A stretch of 64,000 bases of DNA from a virus (taxonomy: Duplodnaviria; Caudoviricetes): positions 146,563 to 210,562 of the IMG/VR virus record IMGVR_UViG_3300010965_000001, one strand, 5' to 3'. A program made the translations under genes and the position numbers. Numbering within the stretch: position 1 is the first letter of the stretch; each line of letters opens with the position of its first letter. The notes beneath the pieces were generated by a model. That model was not told the origin of the DNA, did no database searches, and was given only the letters and a program-made list of their open reading frames with translations. Shown here piece by piece: positions 63,971 to 64,000 of the stretch.

Positions 63971-64000
63971 TATTTCTTCTCCCTCATATCTGTATAGTCT

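Overview
This window looks like part of an AT-rich large (probably jumbo) tailed-phage genome in the standard genetic code, with most genes on the minus strand. 1-16.5 kb: virion structural genes (gp6-like and gp25-like baseplate wedge, hub-like, FN3-repeat and DNRLRE-like proteins). 16.6-26.6 kb: sigma-like factor, HD protein, lytic transglycosylase, dUTPase, tmRNA and ThyX. 26.6-44.4 kb: an RNA-dense island of about 45 tRNA or tRNA-like genes covering all 20 amino acids. It also holds RNA-repair and translation-rescue proteins, three free-standing endonucleases, several unassigned structured RNAs and an ~860-nt GOLLD-like RNA. 45.7-54.7 kb: a plus-strand fibre/structural block. 54.6-64 kb: phosphoesterases, an AAA ATPase, a C39 peptidase and small early genes. 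The best novelty candidate is three tRNA-like genes (Ile-GAU, Arg-UCG, Arg-CCU) with a rewired cloverleaf: the anticodon arm precedes the D-loop, yet synthetase identity elements are kept. Other non-canonical tRNAs include long variable arms on Asn/Lys/His, aberrant anticodon loops and a double-elbow RNA. All RNA folds were derived by eye and all protein families were assigned from remembered motifs; no searches or folding programs were run.
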